DNA of 64,000 bases from an uncultured delta proteobacterium (GCA_963745025.1 CAVUWD010000010.1:128001-192000), one strand, 5' to 3'; positions 38,642 through 48,479 are shown, numbered from the stretch's first letter. The notes: generated by a model from the letters alone, not told the origin. A program made the numbers and translations.

Positions 38642-39556
38642 TCATGCGCTGCGCGTCTTGGTCGTCGCAGGGGCCTTGCTTGCCGAGCGGATACGACGCG
38701 TGCTCGCATGAACGAGGTACGCCGGCGCGTACACGGGGCGGCGGTCGCGCATGTAGCGGCTCTGGAGCGTCGGCGCCTCGGCGATCTCCAGCACCCGGTA
38801 CCCGAGGCGATTGAGGAATGGGCCGGCATCTTCCGGATGAATCGCGAACGTTACCGGCTCGCCGACGAGATAGAGCGCGCTTGCCGACAGCCGGTGTGCG
38901 GCGGAGACCAGGTCGGAGCCCTGCGGGATCTGCCACAGGTCCATGGCGATCTCTGACCCTGCGGCGGAGATCTCGCGCAGCTCGGCGAGCGTCTTCTTGA
39001 CGGCGTCTCGGGAGAGATACATGGCAACCCCCTCCCACACGTAGAAGGTGCGCACGCCCCGCTGAAAGCCCGACTCCTGCAGGCGGTCGCGCAGCGAATC
39101 CGCCTGGAAATCGACTTCGACGACCCGAACGTCCGCGACGGGAAGGTCGCGGGTGTGGGCGGCGAGAATGCGAGCCTTGCGCCGGCTGGTGGCGGGATGA
39201 TCGACCTCGAAGACGGGGCGATGCTTGAGCTCGTCCGCGAACCGATACGCGCGCATGTCGTACCCCGCTCCGAGAATCACGACCTGCTCGGCGGTGCGCG
39301 CGAGCGCGCGCCGCAAGCAGTCGTCGATGAAGCGGTGTCGGCAGAGCACGAAGGCAACGACGCCGGGGGCGAAGCGCTCGGCGAGATCCCCGAGCTGCCC
39401 GCTTGCCTCCCACGTGGCGAGCGCGGCACGCAGCATCGGTCCGAGAAAGAACTTGGCATAGGGATCGTCGACGATGCGATCGGCGGGTTGGTGCCGCTGA
39501 TCAGTCGCCCGCATCCAGCAAACGGCCTCCGCCGTCTGGCTCGGCTCGCCGCGCAC
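38642..39556 (-). CDS. SAM-dependent methyltransferase (LCM-like)
   Basis: DDPYA, RHRFID, QVVILGAGYD, FEVDHP, WEGVAMYL. Confidence 0.9.
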   Translation of the reverse strand: MRGEPSQTAEAVCWMRATDQRHQPADRIVDDPYAKFFLGPMLRAALATWEASGQLGDLAERFAPGVVAFVLCRHRFIDDCLRRALARTAEQVVILGAGYDMRAYRFADELKHRPVFEVDHPATSRRKARILAAHTRDLPVADVRVVEVDFQADSLRDRLQESGFQRGVRTFYVWEGVAMYLSRDAVKKTLAELREISAAGSEIAMDLWQIPQGSDLVSAAHRLSASALYLVGEPVTFAIHPEDAGPFLNRLGYRVLEIAEAPTLQSRYMRDRRPVYAPAYLVHASTRRIRSASKAPATTKTRSA

Positions 39557-39659
39557 GTCAGCACCTCACCGGGACGTCGCCCCAAGCCGAACGCGCGATG
39601 GTGGCGATGCCCCGTATCTCATACGTTCGTCGAAAAACGAGAATTCCTACCGGAGTAGC

Positions 39660-41309
39660 TCAAGGAGACCGGCCCTCGACCTTCTCGCGCAGGTTCTGCG
39701 CCAGGCGCTTCATTGCCGGCGAGGGGTCGGACGGGGAAAGCCGGACCTCGATGAGGCTCGGCCGATCGCGGATCGCCAGCGCCTTTGCAAATGCATCTTC
39801 GAACGCGTCTTCGGTCGCGGCCTCGTACCCCGCGATTTCGCCGAAGAGCTCGCCGATCCGGTGGAAGCGCCACGGCGCGACGTCGTTGAAAGGCCCGTCG
39901 AGGATGAAGCGCTCCGTCGAGTAGCCGGCGTTGTTGAACACGACGACGATCGCGTTCGAGCCGATTCGCGCGAGCGTCGAGAGCTCCGTGCCGGTCATCT
40001 GGAAGGCGCCGTCACCCACCAGCACCAGCGGACGGCGGTCGGGACGCGCCACCGCCGCGCCGAGCGCCGCGGGCATCCCGAAGCCCATCGTGGTGTAGTA
40101 TGCAGAGGCCAAGAACTCGGTCCGTTCGTGGACGCGGAGCTCGACGGCCGCGAACAGGCAGTCGCCCACGTCGCACACGACGACCATGTCTGGCGTGAGA
40201 CCTTCGTTCAGCCGACCGATCAGCCGGCCGATCTTCATCCGCTCGCCCGCCTTCGGAAAGCCGGGCGCCGCGGGACCGGGGACACCGGTCGGCAGCGGCC
40301 GCCCTTGCGCGCCGCCCTTCTTGATGAGCAGCGGCACGAAATCGCGCAGCTGAACTCGCGGATAGCGATGATGGCGGATCACCACCTCGCCCTGGCTCGC
40401 GCGCACCATGAGCTTCGGGTCGAGCCGGGCCGTGTAGACGCCGAGATCGACGTCGTTCAGCGCCACGCCGAGCAGCAGCAGCAGATCGGCGGCTTCGACG
40501 CGCTCGCGCGCCGCATCCGGGCCCATCGCCCCCTCGTAGATCCCGAGGTAGGCGGGATGGCGCTCGCCGATCACCGATTTCCCGGTGAGCGTCGCGGCGA
40601 TCGGCAAGCGCAGGCGCTCGACGAGCTGCACGAGCGTATCCTGCAAGCCGCCGCGGTGGAGCTCGACGCCGGCGAGCAGCACCGGCGACGTGGCGGAATC
40701 GAGGAGGCTCATGGTCTCGGCGACCGCTTCCTCGAGCGCTGCCGGATCGCTCGAGGGGGCGGCCAGCGACTCGCCCGGCATCGGGTATCCCGTGAGCTCG
40801 ACGACATCGCGCGGGAGCTCGATGTAAACGGGCCGGCGGTGGTGCTGCGCGGCGGCGAGCGCGCGATCGATCTGGCGAAACGCAATCGCCGGATCGTCGA
40901 GCACTGCGGCCGCACAGGTGATGCGATCGAAGATCTCGCGCTGGAAGGTGAACGGCCCGAAGCGGTGGTGAATGAGCGGATCCTCGCGCTGCTCGCGCAG
41001 GCCCGGGGCGCCGCTGATCACCACCACCGGAGACGACTCGGCGTACGCGCCCGCGACCGCGTTGACCACGTTCAACGCGCCGACGCCGTAGGTGACGGCG
41101 AGCGCCCCGAGACCGCGGCACCGCGCATAACCGTCGGCCGCGAACGCCGCCGTGTCCTCGCGCGTCGTGCCGACGTGCTGGATCGGGCTCTTGACGATCT
41201 GATCGTAGAACTTGAGGACGTAGTCGCCGGGCACGCCGAAGATGTGGGCAACGCCGGCGGCGTAGAGCTTGTCGAGGAGGTACTCGCCGATCATCGGGGT
41301 GGCGGGCAT
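39660..41309 (-). CDS. ThDP-dependent alpha-keto acid (indolepyruvate/phenylpyruvate) decarboxylase
   Basis: FGVPGDY, AADGYAR, TYGVG, IHH, GDGAFQM..FNN ThDP motif. Confidence 0.9.
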   Translation of the reverse strand: MPATPMIGEYLLDKLYAAGVAHIFGVPGDYVLKFYDQIVKSPIQHVGTTREDTAAFAADGYARCRGLGALAVTYGVGALNVVNAVAGAYAESSPVVVISGAPGLREQREDPLIHHRFGPFTFQREIFDRITCAAAVLDDPAIAFRQIDRALAAAQHHRRPVYIELPRDVVELTGYPMPGESLAAPSSDPAALEEAVAETMSLLDSATSPVLLAGVELHRGGLQDTLVQLVERLRLPIAATLTGKSVIGERHPAYLGIYEGAMGPDAARERVEAADLLLLLGVALNDVDLGVYTARLDPKLMVRASQGEVVIRHHRYPRVQLRDFVPLLIKKGGAQGRPLPTGVPGPAAPGFPKAGERMKIGRLIGRLNEGLTPDMVVVCDVGDCLFAAVELRVHERTEFLASAYYTTMGFGMPAALGAAVARPDRRPLVLVGDGAFQMTGTELSTLARIGSNAIVVVFNNAGYSTERFILDGPFNDVAPWRFHRIGELFGEIAGYEAATEDAFEDAFAKALAIRDRPSLIEVRLSPSDPSPAMKRLAQNLREKVEGRSP

Positions 41310-41362
41310 GCTGGGTCAGCCTATCATCTAGAACACCAGGGGAGCGAGGCGCGCACCGCCCA

Positions 41363-42142
41363 TCAAAGGCCGTGCTCACGGAGAAATCTCAGCACGCGCT
41401 CGGAGCAGAAGCGAGCCGTATTCGGCTCGCTGTGCGGGCTGTGGCCTCCCTCCGGGACTGGTGCGAGCGTCGCGTGGCGGAGATGGCTCGCCAGCTCCTC
41501 CGGCTCGCTCGGCGGCGTGTGCGGGTCTTCTTCCCCGTACATCACGAGCGCCGGAGCCCGGATCGCTTCGAGCCGGCCTTCGTAGAAGTCGCCGCCGATC
41601 GCGTGGAATGCGAGCCACGCCCGACTGTGCATGGTGATGACCGTCCGCCAGCGCGCGTCGCCATGATCGGCGCGCAGACGCTCGATCCTGCCTTGCGAAA
41701 GTGAGTCGGGCTCGGCCGCGAACTTCGCGAAGAAATCCTTCGACTTCGCACGGTAGAAGTGGATCGCCTCGAGCACCAGCGCGGATACGCGCTCGGGGTG
41801 GCGAGCGGCGAAGAGCGCGGCGATGATCGCGCCGTCGCTGTGTCCCCAGAGGATCGCCCGCTCGATGCCGATCGCGTCGAGAACGTGTCCGAGCTCGATC
41901 ACTCCGTCGTCGTGATACGTGACCGGCAAGTCGTCGAGCGGCGTGGAGCGTCCGTAGCCGCGCCGGTCCGGAAAGATCATCCGGTAAGAAGAGCCGAGCA
42001 CCGCGACCGCGTCGTCGAACGGCATGACGCCGCGCCCCCAGCCGCTGTGAAGACAAACGAGCGGGGGGCCTTGGCCCGTCTCCTCGTACCAGATCCGCGC
42101 ACCGGGAATCTCGACGAAAGGCACGAGGTCAGCGGGCTCCAC
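41363..42142 (-). CDS. Alpha/beta hydrolase at the end of the pqq operon
   Basis: DRRGYGRS, GHSDG nucleophile, GEEDP, GGHSPH. Confidence 0.88.
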   Translation of the reverse strand: MEPADLVPFVEIPGARIWYEETGQGPPLVCLHSGWGRGVMPFDDAVAVLGSSYRMIFPDRRGYGRSTPLDDLPVTYHDDGVIELGHVLDAIGIERAILWGHSDGAIIAALFAARHPERVSALVLEAIHFYRAKSKDFFAKFAAEPDSLSQGRIERLRADHGDARWRTVITMHSRAWLAFHAIGGDFYEGRLEAIRAPALVMYGEEDPHTPPSEPEELASHLRHATLAPVPEGGHSPHSEPNTARFCSERVLRFLREHGL

Positions 42143-42647
42143 TCAAGACGCCGTAGAGCCACTGGCCGATGACTCCCATGACCGGCGGGAGCAGGACTCC
42201 GGGCACGAAGCGAGCGAGAGTCAGCGGCCAGCCGAGCAGGGGCGCTTCGTACGTCAGCATGCGAATCGGGCTGACCAGCGTCTTCGCGGTCAGCAGGCTG
42301 ATCAGTGGGCCGGGCGCCGCGCCCTTTTCGAAGAGGCTCGCGACGACCGGGAAAAGGAGATACGGGCCGCCGGGGATCACGAGGCCGGCGCCCCAGCCGA
42401 TCAGGATGCCGCGCCCGGGGCGCTCGGCCCCGAGCCACTTCGATAGCGTGGGCGCGGGGATCAGCACGTCCATCAGGCCGGCGAAGAGGAAGCCGAGCAA
42501 GAGATCGAGCCACACGCCGCGGACGAGTTTCAGGCTCGCCTCCCAGCCGCGGAGCGGCAGCGCCGGATCCTTCCAGAACGCAACGCCGGTCGCGATCACC
42601 ACCAGCCCCAGCAAGACCACCAGGCTCGCGTCCACCCGCCGCCTCAT
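42129..42647 (-). CDS. Small permease (DUF318/ArsP-like)
   Basis: Hydrophobic; IPGGPY..FP, GAAPGPLISLLT; ATGA-coupled to pqqE. Confidence 0.7.
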   Translation of the reverse strand: MRRRVDASLVVLLGLVVIATGVAFWKDPALPLRGWEASLKLVRGVWLDLLLGFLFAGLMDVLIPAPTLSKWLGAERPGRGILIGWGAGLVIPGGPYLLFPVVASLFEKGAAPGPLISLLTAKTLVSPIRMLTYEAPLLGWPLTLARFVPGVLLPPVMGVIGQWLYGVLSGAR

Positions 42648-43872
42648 CGCTCGCGATCGATTCTCATCGTGCGATACTCGTACGCGATCGCTCCGCCCGT
42701 GTCGGCGGCGGCGGCGCGCGCGGCTTCGACGAGCGCGTGATCCGGCGAGAGCGAGCAGACCGGATCGGTCGCGGTCGGATCTCCGGTCAAGTGAAACGCC
42801 TGGCAGCGGCAGCCGCCGTAGTCGACCGCCCTCCGCTCACAGCTCCGGCAGGGCTCGCGCATCCAGTCTTCACCGCGGAAGCGCCGGAAGCCGTGTGACT
42901 CGCGCCAGATCTCGCCGAGCGAGCGCTCGCGCACGTTGTCGAAGGGCGGCCCGGGAAGGGTGTGAGCCGCGTGGCATGGCAGCGCGAGCCCGTCCGGCGA
43001 GACGAGCACGAAGCGCCGGCCCCAGCCGTCCATGCAGGCCTTGGGGAAGGTCGCGTAGTAGTCCGGCGTGACGAACAGGACCTCCATCTTGCCCTTGAGC
43101 CGCTCGCGAGCCTCGCCAGCGACCGCTCGCGCGCGCTCGAGTTGATCGCGGCGCGGCAGCAACGCCGAGCGGTTGCGGAGCGCCCAGCCGAGATACTGCG
43201 CGTTGGCGAGCTCGAGACGGTCGGCGGCGAGCGACTCGGCGAGCGCGATCACCTCCGCGATGCGGTCGAGGTTCTGGCGGTGAAGGACGACGTTCAGCGT
43301 GAGCGGGAACCCGATCTCCTTGGCGCCGCGCGCGACCTCGAGCTTGCGCTCGAAGGAGCGGTGGCCGGCGATCGCATCCGAGGCCGCGGCGGTCACGTCC
43401 TGGATCGAGACCTGCACGTTGTCGAGGCCGGCGCCGCGGAGCTCGCGCAGGCGCTCGCGCGAGAGCGGTACGCCGGCGGTGGCGAGGTTCGTGTACAGGT
43501 CGAGCCGACGCGCGCCCGCGACGAGCTCGACGAGGTCGTCCCGCAGACAGGGCTCGCCGCCGGTGAACGACAGCTGCACGACGCCGAGGTCCTCGGCCTC
43601 GGCGAAGACGCGGAGCCAGGTCTCCGTATCGAGCTCCCGACGGTGGCGCTCGAGCTCGAGCGGGTTCGAGCAGTAGACGCAGCGGAGCGGACAGCGGTAG
43701 GTGAGCTCGGCGATCAGCGTGTAGGGACGGAGCTCGCTCGGTAGGGTAGCGGATTGCCTTTGATCGCGACCGGCGGGAGCGATCCGTGAGGTACGCTCGC
43801 TCGGTAGGGTAGCGGATTGCCTTTGATCGCGACCAGCGGGAGCGATCGTGAGGCGCGCTCTTCGGCGCTCAC
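42644..43872 (-). CDS. pqqE: PqqA peptide cyclase, radical SAM/SPASM; 1-nt frameshift at ~43847 inside an N-terminal repeat insertion
   Basis: PYTLIAELTYRCPLRCVYCSNP, FTGGEP, PKACMDGWG, LPCHAA, DYGGCRCQA; GTG 43872 overlaps pqqD stop. Confidence 0.92.
43732..43853. repeat. Two tandem 63-bp GTAG-led palindromic units inside the 5' end of pqqE
   Basis: GTAGGGTAGCGGATTGCCTTTGATCGCGACC(G/A)GCGGGAGCGAT(C)CGTGAGG starting at 43741 and 43804. Confidence 0.9.
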
Positions 43873-44153
43873 GGTACGCCCTCGACGACCAGGCAGCGCT
43901 CCGCCATCGTGTTCAGAAACTCGAGCACTTCGCGCTCGACCGTGGCGCGGTCTTCGGGCGCGTACCTCTGGAGCAGCCGCTCGACGATCTCGGCCACCGT
44001 GTGCTCGCCCGTACAGAGGTGCACGACGTCGGCCGCGGTCGGCGACAGCTCCAAGCCCTTCTCCGGAAAGAGAATCATCGTTCGCTCGCTCTTGCGATCG
44101 AAGCGCAGGCGCGCCTTGGCGGCGAGCCGCGGGCGGCTGGTGAGCGACATCAT
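43869..44153 (-). CDS. pqqD: PqqA-binding chaperone PqqD
   Basis: RPRLAAKARLRFD..ILFPEKGLELSPTA..LCTG..VLEFL. Confidence 0.93.
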   Translation of the reverse strand: MMSLTSRPRLAAKARLRFDRKSERTMILFPEKGLELSPTAADVVHLCTGEHTVAEIVERLLQRYAPEDRATVEREVLEFLNTMAERCLVVEGVP

Positions 44154-44872
44154 GGCGACAGGCGCGAACCGGGATCGATATAGGCGTGGTGCACGCAATC
44201 GACCAGGTGCCAGAGGATCTCGGTCTTGCGCACCAGCGCGGCGACGCAACGCTCCTGAGCCTCGTGGCTCGTCGCGTGGCTCACCACGAACTCGATCGCT
44301 TCCTCCGAGTCGCGCCGAGCGCGCGGCACGCGCGAGCGGAAATATTCGAGGGTCTCGGGCTTCACCCAGGGGTAGTGTTGTTCCCAGGCGAGCACCCGCC
44401 TGGCGAGCAGGTCGGGCGCGAAGAACTCGGTGAGCGACGAGGCCACGGCCTCGACGAGCGAGCGCTCGCGCACCAGCTCGACGTAGGCGTCGCAAGCGAA
44501 GCGCACCCCCGGCAACACGCCGCGGCAGCTCCGCACCTCGTCGCGGTCGAGGCCGACGCCGTCGGCGAGCCGCAGCCAGAGCTCGAGCCCCCCCTCGCCC
44601 TCGCGGTCGCCGTCGTGATCGCGGATGCGCCGCAGCCACATTCGACGAAACGCCGGATCCTCCGACTTCGAGACGATGATCGCGTCTTTGATCGGAATTC
44701 GCGTCTGATAGTAATAGCGGTTCCGCACCCATTCCTGGAGCTGGCGGCGCGTGAGCTTTCCCTCGTGCATGAGCAGGTGGCAGGGGTGGCGGTCGTGGTA
44801 GCGGGTTTCGCCCTCGCGACGCAGCCACGCGACGAACTCGCCCCTCGGCAGGGGTGCGCGCGATCCGCTCAC
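44150..44872 (-). CDS. pqqC: PQQ synthase PqqC
   Basis: RYHDRHP, WVRNRYYYQTRIPIKDA, RIRDHDG, RFACDAY, ASSLTEFFAP. Confidence 0.95.
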   Translation of the reverse strand: MSGSRAPLPRGEFVAWLRREGETRYHDRHPCHLLMHEGKLTRRQLQEWVRNRYYYQTRIPIKDAIIVSKSEDPAFRRMWLRRIRDHDGDREGEGGLELWLRLADGVGLDRDEVRSCRGVLPGVRFACDAYVELVRERSLVEAVASSLTEFFAPDLLARRVLAWEQHYPWVKPETLEYFRSRVPRARRDSEEAIEFVVSHATSHEAQERCVAALVRKTEILWHLVDCVHHAYIDPGSRLSP

Positions 44873-45792
44873 AGCTCGATCTCCATTCCGTCCTCGGCAA
44901 CCTCCCACCCGGCGGCGCGGACGGCCTCGGCCTCCGCCGAGTCCTCGCGGAGGATCGGGTTCGTGTTGTTCACGTGGATGAACATGCGCCGTCTCGCCTC
45001 GAGCGCGCGCAGCGCGGCGAGGCTTCCCCCGGCGCCGCCGATCGGCAGGTGCGCCATGTCTTCGGCGCGCTTGCCGCCGAGACCGAGGTCGACGAGCTCC
45101 GTCGCCGACCAGAACGTGCCGTCGAAGAACACGCAATCCGCGTCCTCGAGCGCGCGGTACACGCGGTCGGTGATCGCGCCGGCCCCCGAAACGTAGGCGA
45201 GCACACGGCGGGTCGCGTCGTCGCGGATCCGCAGGCCGATGTTCTCCTCGGGATGCTTCGGCTCGATGCCCTCTAGGTGAATCGGTGGCTTCCCCGGCGC
45301 GGCGACCGCGGCGATCGACAAGCCGCTCGGACGTTCGCCGTCGAGCACCAGGCGTGTCGCAGCGCCGTCGCAATCCAACCGGCGCCACGTCACCTGGCCG
45401 TCGAACCGCTGAAGCGTGCGGAAGAAAGCGTTGCGCTGCGAAAAGCCGCGCCAGACCGACTCGGTCGCATAGACCGTCAGCGCCTGAGACTCGCGCAGCA
45501 GGAGCAGGCCAAGGCAATGGTCGAGATCGCCGCTGGTCAGCACGATGCCCGCGATCGGAGAATGGCGGGGAGCGTGCGGGTGAAGCGCGGGGAAGCCTTC
45601 GATCTGCAGGCGGAGGTCCGGCGAGGCGTTCAGCAGGTACCAGTGCTCGCCGTCAGCACTGACGGCGAGGCATTCCTGGCTTCGGGGCTTGGCGCGAATC
45701 GTCGAGGCGCGGAGCCCCCGGCAGTTCGGACAGCCGCAGTTCCACTGCGGAAACCCGCCACCCGCCGCAGAGCCGAGGACCCGGATGCGCAT
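44869..45792 (-). CDS. pqqB: PQQ biosynthesis protein PqqB
   Basis: VLGSAAGGGFPQWNCGCPNC, LNASPD, DLDH, FDGTFW, IHVNNTNP. Confidence 0.96.
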   Translation of the reverse strand: MRIRVLGSAAGGGFPQWNCGCPNCRGLRASTIRAKPRSQECLAVSADGEHWYLLNASPDLRLQIEGFPALHPHAPRHSPIAGIVLTSGDLDHCLGLLLLRESQALTVYATESVWRGFSQRNAFFRTLQRFDGQVTWRRLDCDGAATRLVLDGERPSGLSIAAVAAPGKPPIHLEGIEPKHPEENIGLRIRDDATRRVLAYVSGAGAITDRVYRALEDADCVFFDGTFWSATELVDLGLGGKRAEDMAHLPIGGAGGSLAALRALEARRRMFIHVNNTNPILREDSAEAEAVRAAGWEVAEDGMEIEL

Positions 45793-45885
45793 CTCGTCCC
45801 GGAACATTACAGACCTTCGTTCCGGCGGCGCGTCCGGGAGAAGGTCTGTCGAGTGTGGTGCAACGAGGAGAGCGGTCGGAAGCGA

Positions 45886-45990
45886 TCAGGATTCGACGCC
45901 GTTGAAGTCGTCGCGCTGAAAATCGTCCTGATAGGAGTTGATCTCGCAGTCCATTTTGATCTCGACGAAATCGGGTTTTTCCCAGGTCAT
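45886..45990 (-). CDS. pqqA: PQQ precursor peptide PqqA (34 aa)
   Basis: MTWEKPDFVEIKMDCEINSYQDDFQRDDFNGVES with WxKP and ExxxY; upstream of pqqB. Confidence 0.9.
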   Translation of the reverse strand: MTWEKPDFVEIKMDCEINSYQDDFQRDDFNGVES

Positions 45991-46027
45991 GCCGGCATCC
46001 TAAGAGCGGTCGCTCGCGGAGTCAACA

Positions 46028-46151
46028 CCGGGGACGTTCTTGACCTTCGTAACCTTCGTCGCACCTCTCTGCTTGCAGGGTTTCCTAGCCCGAGGGGAAC
46101 GCGATGAAGCTTACGTGCGATGAAGGTTACGAAGGTCAAGAACGTCCCCGG
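46028..46151. repeat. 37-bp inverted repeat pair (36/37 identical), REPIN/MITE-like
   Basis: CCGGGGACGTTCTTGACCTTCGTAACCTTCGTCGCAC at 46028-46064 and its reverse complement at 46115-46151. Confidence 0.85.
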
Positions 46152-48099
46152 GGAGGTATTTGCGAATCGCCGTGATCAACTGCTCGCGCGTAACGGGCTT
46201 GGTGAGGAAACCGGTGCAGCCGTCGGCGAGAGAGCGTTCGAGCTTCTCGTCGAGGGCGTGAGCGGTGAGTGCGAGAATCGGCGTCGGCGGGTGGCGGCGC
46301 TCGGCCTCGAACTCTCGTATGGCGCGCGTCGCCTCGTAGCCGTCCAACACCGGCATCTGGAGATCCATGATCACGAGGTCGTACGGGTTCGATTGAAACT
46401 TCAGGACCGCGACCGCCCCGTTGTCCGCCGTGTCGAGCTGATACGGCGTGCGCTTGAGATAGAAGCCGAAGAGCGCACGGTTGTCGTCGGAGTCGTCGAC
46501 GAGAAGGATTCGGGCGGCGCGACGCTCGGGCGGCGATGGCTCGGATGTGCCGGGTGCGGGTGAATCGTCGCGACGCGGCGATCCCGACGTCGGTTCCGCG
46601 AAGGGCCGCTCGAGACGAACCGTAAAATGGAATCGGCTGCCGCGGCCGGGCTCGCTCTCCACCCACAGCCGGCCGTCCATGAGCTCCACGAGTCGCCTGG
46701 CGATCCCGAGCCCGAGGCCGGTGCCGCCGTACTGGCGGCTGATTTCGGGATCCGCTTGCTCGAAATCCTCGAAGACCGACGCGAGCCTCGCCGCGGGGAT
46801 GCCGATCCCCGTGTCGATCATCGTGAAGAGGATCATGCCGGGCACGAGATCGTTCTCCACGCGCGCCGTCACGCTCCCCTTTTCCGTGAACTTGATCGCG
46901 TTTCCGAGCAGGTTCAGGAAGATCTGCCGCAGGCGGTCTTGATCGCCCATGACGGTCTGGGGCACCTCGGGGAGTATGATCGCCGTCAAATCGAGGCCCT
47001 TCTTGGCCGCGGCTGGCTGCAGCAGCTGAACGACGTCGTTCACCAGCTCGTGAAGATGGAGGGGAGCCTTTCGCAGGTCGATGCGGCCGGCCTCGATCTT
47101 CGACAGATCGAGGACGTCGCCCACCAGCCCGAGGAGGATTCCGCTCGCTCGGCGCAGCATCTCGAGGTACTGCCGCCGCTCGGCTTTGACGGAGTTGTCC
47201 GCGAGCAGGTCGGTGATTCCGACGATCGTGTTGAGCGGCGTGCGGATCTCGTGGCTGAGATTGGCGAGGAATTCGCTCTTGGCGCGATTCGCGGCCTCGG
47301 CGGCGTGCCGCGCGCGGCGCAGCTCCTCGATGGCGCGCCGACGCTCGGTGACGTCGCGGAAGCTCCACACCCACCCGATCACCTTTCCCTCGAGCAAATG
47401 AGGAATCGACGAGCGCTCGTAGGTGCGACCATCGGGAAATTCGAGCAGGTCATACCCCTGCGCCTCTTCGCCGAGACGCTCGTCGAACCGACGACGCAGT
47501 CGCTGCGGATCGACGACCTGGGGCAGCATGAAATCCCGCAGCGCCTCGCCATCCTTCGCGTCGAGGAGAGAGCGAGGGACGCTCCACATCTCGACGAAAC
47601 GCCGGTTGTAGTGGACGATCTTTCGCGATTGGTCGAGCACCAGGATTCCGTCCGCGATCGACTCGAGCATTGTTTGCAGTAGCGAGAGCGAGTGCTGGAT
47701 CGCTTCCTCGGCGAGCTTGCGCTGGATCGAATAGCGGATCGTTCGTGCCAGCAGCGGAGCATCGAACTTGCCTTTGACGAGACAGTCTTGCGCCCCCTTC
47801 TCGAGCGCGTCGAGGGCGGCTTCTTCGTCCTCGACGCCGATGAGCACGACGATGGGTACGTGCGGCGCGCTGCGGCGCAGAGTCGCCACGGTCTCGGTTC
47901 CGTGGCTATCGTGAAGTGAGAGATCGAGAAGGACCACGTCGACGGTGTCCTTCGACAACCGAGCGATTGCCGAGCCGAGATCGCCCGCGACCTGGAAGCC
48001 GAAGCTGTCGTGAAGAACATCGCGCAGCATCTCTTCCACCAGACGCGCGTCCCCTGGATCGTCTTCCACGAAAAGAATCTGGCTCGGCATCGCCTTCAT
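46111..48099 (-). CDS. Hybrid sensor histidine kinase (REC-PAS-HisKA-HATPase-REC)
   Basis: VEDD/LLDL receiver, KSEFLANLSHEIRTPLN, NLLGNAIKFT, DTGIGI, GGTGLGL, MDLQMP. Confidence 0.95.
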   Translation of the reverse strand: MKAMPSQILFVEDDPGDARLVEEMLRDVLHDSFGFQVAGDLGSAIARLSKDTVDVVLLDLSLHDSHGTETVATLRRSAPHVPIVVLIGVEDEEAALDALEKGAQDCLVKGKFDAPLLARTIRYSIQRKLAEEAIQHSLSLLQTMLESIADGILVLDQSRKIVHYNRRFVEMWSVPRSLLDAKDGEALRDFMLPQVVDPQRLRRRFDERLGEEAQGYDLLEFPDGRTYERSSIPHLLEGKVIGWVWSFRDVTERRRAIEELRRARHAAEAANRAKSEFLANLSHEIRTPLNTIVGITDLLADNSVKAERRQYLEMLRRASGILLGLVGDVLDLSKIEAGRIDLRKAPLHLHELVNDVVQLLQPAAAKKGLDLTAIILPEVPQTVMGDQDRLRQIFLNLLGNAIKFTEKGSVTARVENDLVPGMILFTMIDTGIGIPAARLASVFEDFEQADPEISRQYGGTGLGLGIARRLVELMDGRLWVESEPGRGSRFHFTVRLERPFAEPTSGSPRRDDSPAPGTSEPSPPERRAARILLVDDSDDNRALFGFYLKRTPYQLDTADNGAVAVLKFQSNPYDLVIMDLQMPVLDGYEATRAIREFEAERRHPPTPILALTAHALDEKLERSLADGCTGFLTKPVTREQLITAIRKYLPGDVLDLRNLHRT

Positions 48100-48275
48100 C
48101 GGGATTCTCGTGGCAGCGGTGTGACGGTCATTCAGCCAAGAGTGGATTCGATATCTGCCCGGTTACGACGCCCCGATTTCGAAGGAGGAGGTCGCTCAAC
48201 TCCATTCATCCGTCGTCGAAATCCGACATCGTATCAGCGGACTCCTCTTTGCTACCATGAACACATAGCCTAGGA

Positions 48276-48291
48276 AGCATTGGCTATGCCA
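48276..48291 (-). promoter_or_regulatory. Sigma-54 -24/-12 promoter candidate for the hybrid kinase
   Basis: Minus strand TGGCATAGCCAATGCT (GG-N10-GC), ~180 bp upstream of ATG 48099, next to an AT-rich tract. Confidence 0.55.
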
Positions 48292-48479
48292 GTTCCTCGA
48301 AATCAGAAAATCCTTTAGAAACCCAGTAATTTTCTGCCTGCAAATCCGTCAAAAACAGTGCGAGTCGTCAGGATTTTGTGCGCCGGAAGTTGATAGTTCG
48401 GCGAGTTCGGCGCCACCGGCTAGACACCGTGTCGATTCGGGGCTAGCACGCTGGAACCGTGCGTGCGCCGATTCGTCCC

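Noticed and set aside
43732-43853. CRISPR-like repeats
   Set aside because: Only two contiguous units, no spacers, no cas genes
35829-45990. PPi-PFK plus pqq as evidence of methylotrophy
   Set aside because: No methanol dehydrogenase or C1 genes in the window; both genes are widespread
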